From Lentimicrobiaceae bacterium (GTDB lineage: Bacteria; Bacteroidota; Bacteroidia; Bacteroidales; UBA4417), in NCBI GenBank assembly GCA_041753535.1, contig JBGSUB010000067.1:138017-202016 (forward strand): DNA of 64,000 bases. Direction: 5' to 3'. The translations under genes and the position numbers were made by a program. A model generated the notes under the pieces. It was given only the letters and a program-made list of their open reading frames with translations. It was not told where the DNA came from and made no database searches. Of this stretch, positions 61,822-64,000 are shown piece by piece; the first letter of the stretch is position 1, and every line of letters begins with the position of its first letter.

Positions 61822-64000
61822 ATGAGAAATAAATATTTAACATTGTTACTGTTGTTTCTTGCACTCGCTTCTTTTGGCCAAACTACAGGAATCAAAGGAG
61901 TTGTGTCGGATAAATCATCTAAAGAAACGCTTGTTGGTGCAACTGTATTAATACAAGGTACTACCACAGGATCTACCACCGACCTCGATGGTAATTATTC
62001 GATTACAGCACTTCCCCCAGGCAGCTATAACCTGGTTATCTCATATATTTCCTACAAAACACAGATTATCGAAAAAGTGAAAGTAGCGAAAGATGTGATG
62101 CTTGATCTTAATATCGAACTTGAAGGAAACAGTGTTGCACTCGAAGGAGTTGTAATTTCGGCAAATCGCCGTGCTGGTTCCGAAATATCTATGCTTTCGT
62201 CGATGAAAATGAGCAGCCTCGTGGTAAGCGGAATCTCCAGCCAGCAAATTAATCGTTCGCAGGATCGAGATGCTTCGGAAGTAATACGTCGTGTTCCCGG
62301 TATAACCATTATGGACGATAGGTTTGTTATGGTTCGTGGACTCAGCCAACGTTACAATACTGTTTGGCTGAATAATGCATCTACACCCAGTTCCGAATCC
62401 GATGTAAGGGCTTTTTCCTTCGATGTGATACCAAGTTCGATGCTCGAGAATATTATGGTTTTTAAAAGTCCGGCACCGGATTTACCCGCCGACTTTTCGG
62501 GAGCAGCCATTAAAATTTACACCAAGAACAACGCAGATAAAAATAGTTTGTCAGTAAGTTATGCCACATCTTTACGTCCGGGTGCTACCTTCAGCGATTT
62601 CAGCAATTACCGCATGAGCAAATACGAATGGTTAGGATTTGATGATGGCAGCAGGGATTTGCCTGATGATTTTCCGGCACATCTGAATGAGGTCGAAGAT
62701 GAAGAAGAAATACAAAGACTTGGTCGTGAGATGAATAAAGTGTGGACACCTGAATTAAGCAAAGCAATTCCGGATCAGCGGTTTCAACTGGGGTTAACCC
62801 GCCGTTTTCTTGCCGGAAAAGTTTCGGTTGGTACCATAAACAGCTTTACCTACAGTTACACACAGGATATTGACGAAATTTACCGTGCCGACTACCAACG
62901 CTATGATACGGTGAATGATATGTCGGATACCAATTATTATTTTAATGATATCCGCAACCGTGCAACAGCTAAAATAGGTGTATTGAGTAACTGGCTTTTT
63001 ATTTTTGGAAACAACCAGAAGATCGAATTCAGGAATTTATATAACCATGTAGGGTATACCCAGGTTATTGACCGTAACGGACGTGATAATTATGGCGGAT
63101 TGACCATACGTGCCAATGAACTCAGTTATAATGGCCGCAATACCTATTCAGGGCAGCTTGCCGGCGATCATAATTTCAATACCAATAATACTCATTTTAA
63201 CTGGACCTTAGGATATTCCTATGCTGACCGCGATCAGCCTGATATAAAACGGCTTTCTTCGTCACTGGTTGAAGATCCCGATAATCAGTATTACGGGCAA
63301 TACGGGGTTAATTTTTCCTTTTCAGCAAACCCTGATCTATCAGGCCGCGTATATCAACATCTGATAGAAAATATTTATAATGGTAACCTTAATTTCGACC
63401 ATAAATTCATTTTTGGTAATTTCAAACCGGAACTTAAAGCGGGTATATACCTCGAGAAAAAGGACCGTGATTTCACAAACCGGAGCATTGGTTATGCTAT
63501 AGCTAATTTTTCGAAATTCAACTGGGGATTGCCTTACGAACCTGTTGATGTGATCTTTGCTGATTCAAATATCAATTATACAACAGGTATAGAAGTTGAC
63601 GAAACAACAAACAAAAGCGATTCCTACAAAGCAACTAACGACTTGGTTGCGGGGTATATAGCAGCCAAATTGCCGTTTACTTCGAAACTGGAATTATACA
63701 CCGGAGTAAGGATGGAGAAAAACCGGCAGCAGATGCATAGCTATTCGAGCGATAATGCAACCGAAGAAGTTAATATAGATCTGGATGAAACCGATTTCTT
63801 TCCCTCGGCAAACCTTAGCTATAACTTCAATCCCAAATCGTTGTTGCGATTATCGTATGGATTTACCATTAATCGTCCTGAATTTCGCGAAATTGCTCCG
63901 TTTGCTTTCTACGATTTCGAAATGAAAAAACTGGTACGTGGTAATCCTGATCTTGAAAATGCCCATATCAACAATTATGATTTCCGTTATGAGTTTTATC
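61822..64000 (+). CDS. TonB-dependent receptor (CarboxypepD_reg + plug + barrel), 3'-truncated by the window end; not in the ORF track
   Basis: My translation from the ATG at 61822 is MRNKYLTLLLLFLALASFGQTTGIKGVVSDKSSKETLVGATVLIQG..DRDASEVIRRVPGITIMDDRFVMVRGLSQRYNTVWLNN.., open without a stop through 64000 (..NRPEFREIAPFAFYDFEMKKLVRGNPDLENA..). Confidence 0.85.
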   Translation, partial: MRNKYLTLLLLFLALASFGQTTGIKGVVSDKSSKETLVGATVLIQGTTTGSTTDLDGNYSITALPPGSYNLVISYISYKTQIIEKVKVAKDVMLDLNIELEGNSVALEGVVISANRRAGSEISMLSSMKMSSLVVSGISSQQINRSQDRDASEVIRRVPGITIMDDRFVMVRGLSQRYNTVWLNNASTPSSESDVRAFSFDVIPSSMLENIMVFKSPAPDLPADFSGAAIKIYTKNNADKNSLSVSYATSLRPGATFSDFSNYRMSKYEWLGFDDGSRDLPDDFPAHLNEVEDEEEIQRLGREMNKVWTPELSKAIPDQRFQLGLTRRFLAGKVSVGTINSFTYSYTQDIDEIYRADYQRYDTVNDMSDTNYYFNDIRNRATAKIGVLSNWLFIFGNNQKIEFRNLYNHVGYTQVIDRNGRDNYGGLTIRANELSYNGRNTYSGQLAGDHNFNTNNTHFNWTLGYSYADRDQPDIKRLSSSLVEDPDNQYYGQYGVNFSFSANPDLSGRVYQHLIENIYNGNLNFDHKFIFGNFKPELKAGIYLEKKDRDFTNRSIGYAIANFSKFNWGLPYEPVDVIFADSNINYTTGIEVDETTNKSDSYKATNDLVAGYIAAKLPFTSKLELYTGVRMEKNRQQMHSYSSDNATEEVNIDLDETDFFPSANLSYNFNPKSLLRLSYGFTINRPEFREIAPFAFYDFEMKKLVRGNPDLENAHINNYDFRYEFY

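Noticed and set aside
61773-62349. Minus-strand ORFs of 68, 102 and 85 aa at the right end of the window.
   Set aside because: They are antisense to a plus-strand TonB-dependent receptor reading frame that I translated by hand. That frame is open from 61822 to the window end.
1-64000. A search of the whole window for tRNA/rRNA, CRISPR-cas, transposases, integrases, toxin-antitoxin or known defence-system genes.
   Set aside because: No ORF carried motifs of these classes. Every ORF over 200 aa is accounted for by metabolic, transport, regulatory or envelope functions. No tRNA-like cloverleaf sequences or terminal inverted repeats flanking genes were noticed.

Overview
The window looks like a Bacteroidota chromosomal segment: it has a SusC/SusD pair, a T9SS C-terminal sorting domain, a GLPGLI protein, many lipobox signal peptides and TAnnTTTG-type -7 boxes.

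Layout:
(i) 0.2-6.0 kb: TonB-dependent receptor, secreted helical protein, LytS/LytTR two-component pair, acyl-ACP thioesterase.
(ii) 6.1-36.3 kb: one uninterrupted minus-strand polysaccharide utilization locus (PUL), which I interpret as a beta-1,2-glucan (sophoro-oligosaccharide) locus. Gene order is transmembrane Y_Y_Y/LuxR-HTH regulator, SusC, SusD, LamG surface lipoprotein, two GH144-like lipoproteins, a 1060-aa discoidin/(alpha/alpha)6 protein of no family I can name, a GPH transporter with a ~215-aa insert, cytoplasmic GH35, cytoplasmic long GH94 phosphorylase, two more GH144, and GH3.
(iii) 36.5-45.8 kb: GH89 alpha-N-acetylglucosaminidase, proline dehydrogenase, aroB, aroA, an orphan lutA-like gene, and an outer-membrane (OM) barrel protein preceded by a 41-aa lipoprotein ORF that the ORF track misses.
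(iv) 46.1-49.8 kb: GLPGLI protein plus a 940-aa OM barrel.
(v) 49.9-59.7 kb: phosphate island with PhoR/PhoB-like pair, solo PstS-like binding protein, PiT fused to a helical C-domain, Na/Pi cotransporter, and PiT plus DUF47.
(vi) 60-64 kb: T9SS-sorted secreted protein and a divergent TonB-dependent receptor that runs off the window end and is absent from the ORF track.

I saw no rRNA, tRNA, CRISPR, transposase, integrase or recognisable defence genes.

The most unusual non-coding signal is a set of intergenic elements built from degenerate 7-9 nt words. One is a C/A-rich, almost G-free composite element present at 2.35-2.65 kb and, inverted, at 51.0-51.3 kb. There is also a perfect 7x heptamer array and several long imperfect palindromes.

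All family assignments come from motif recognition by eye and need HMM or structure confirmation.
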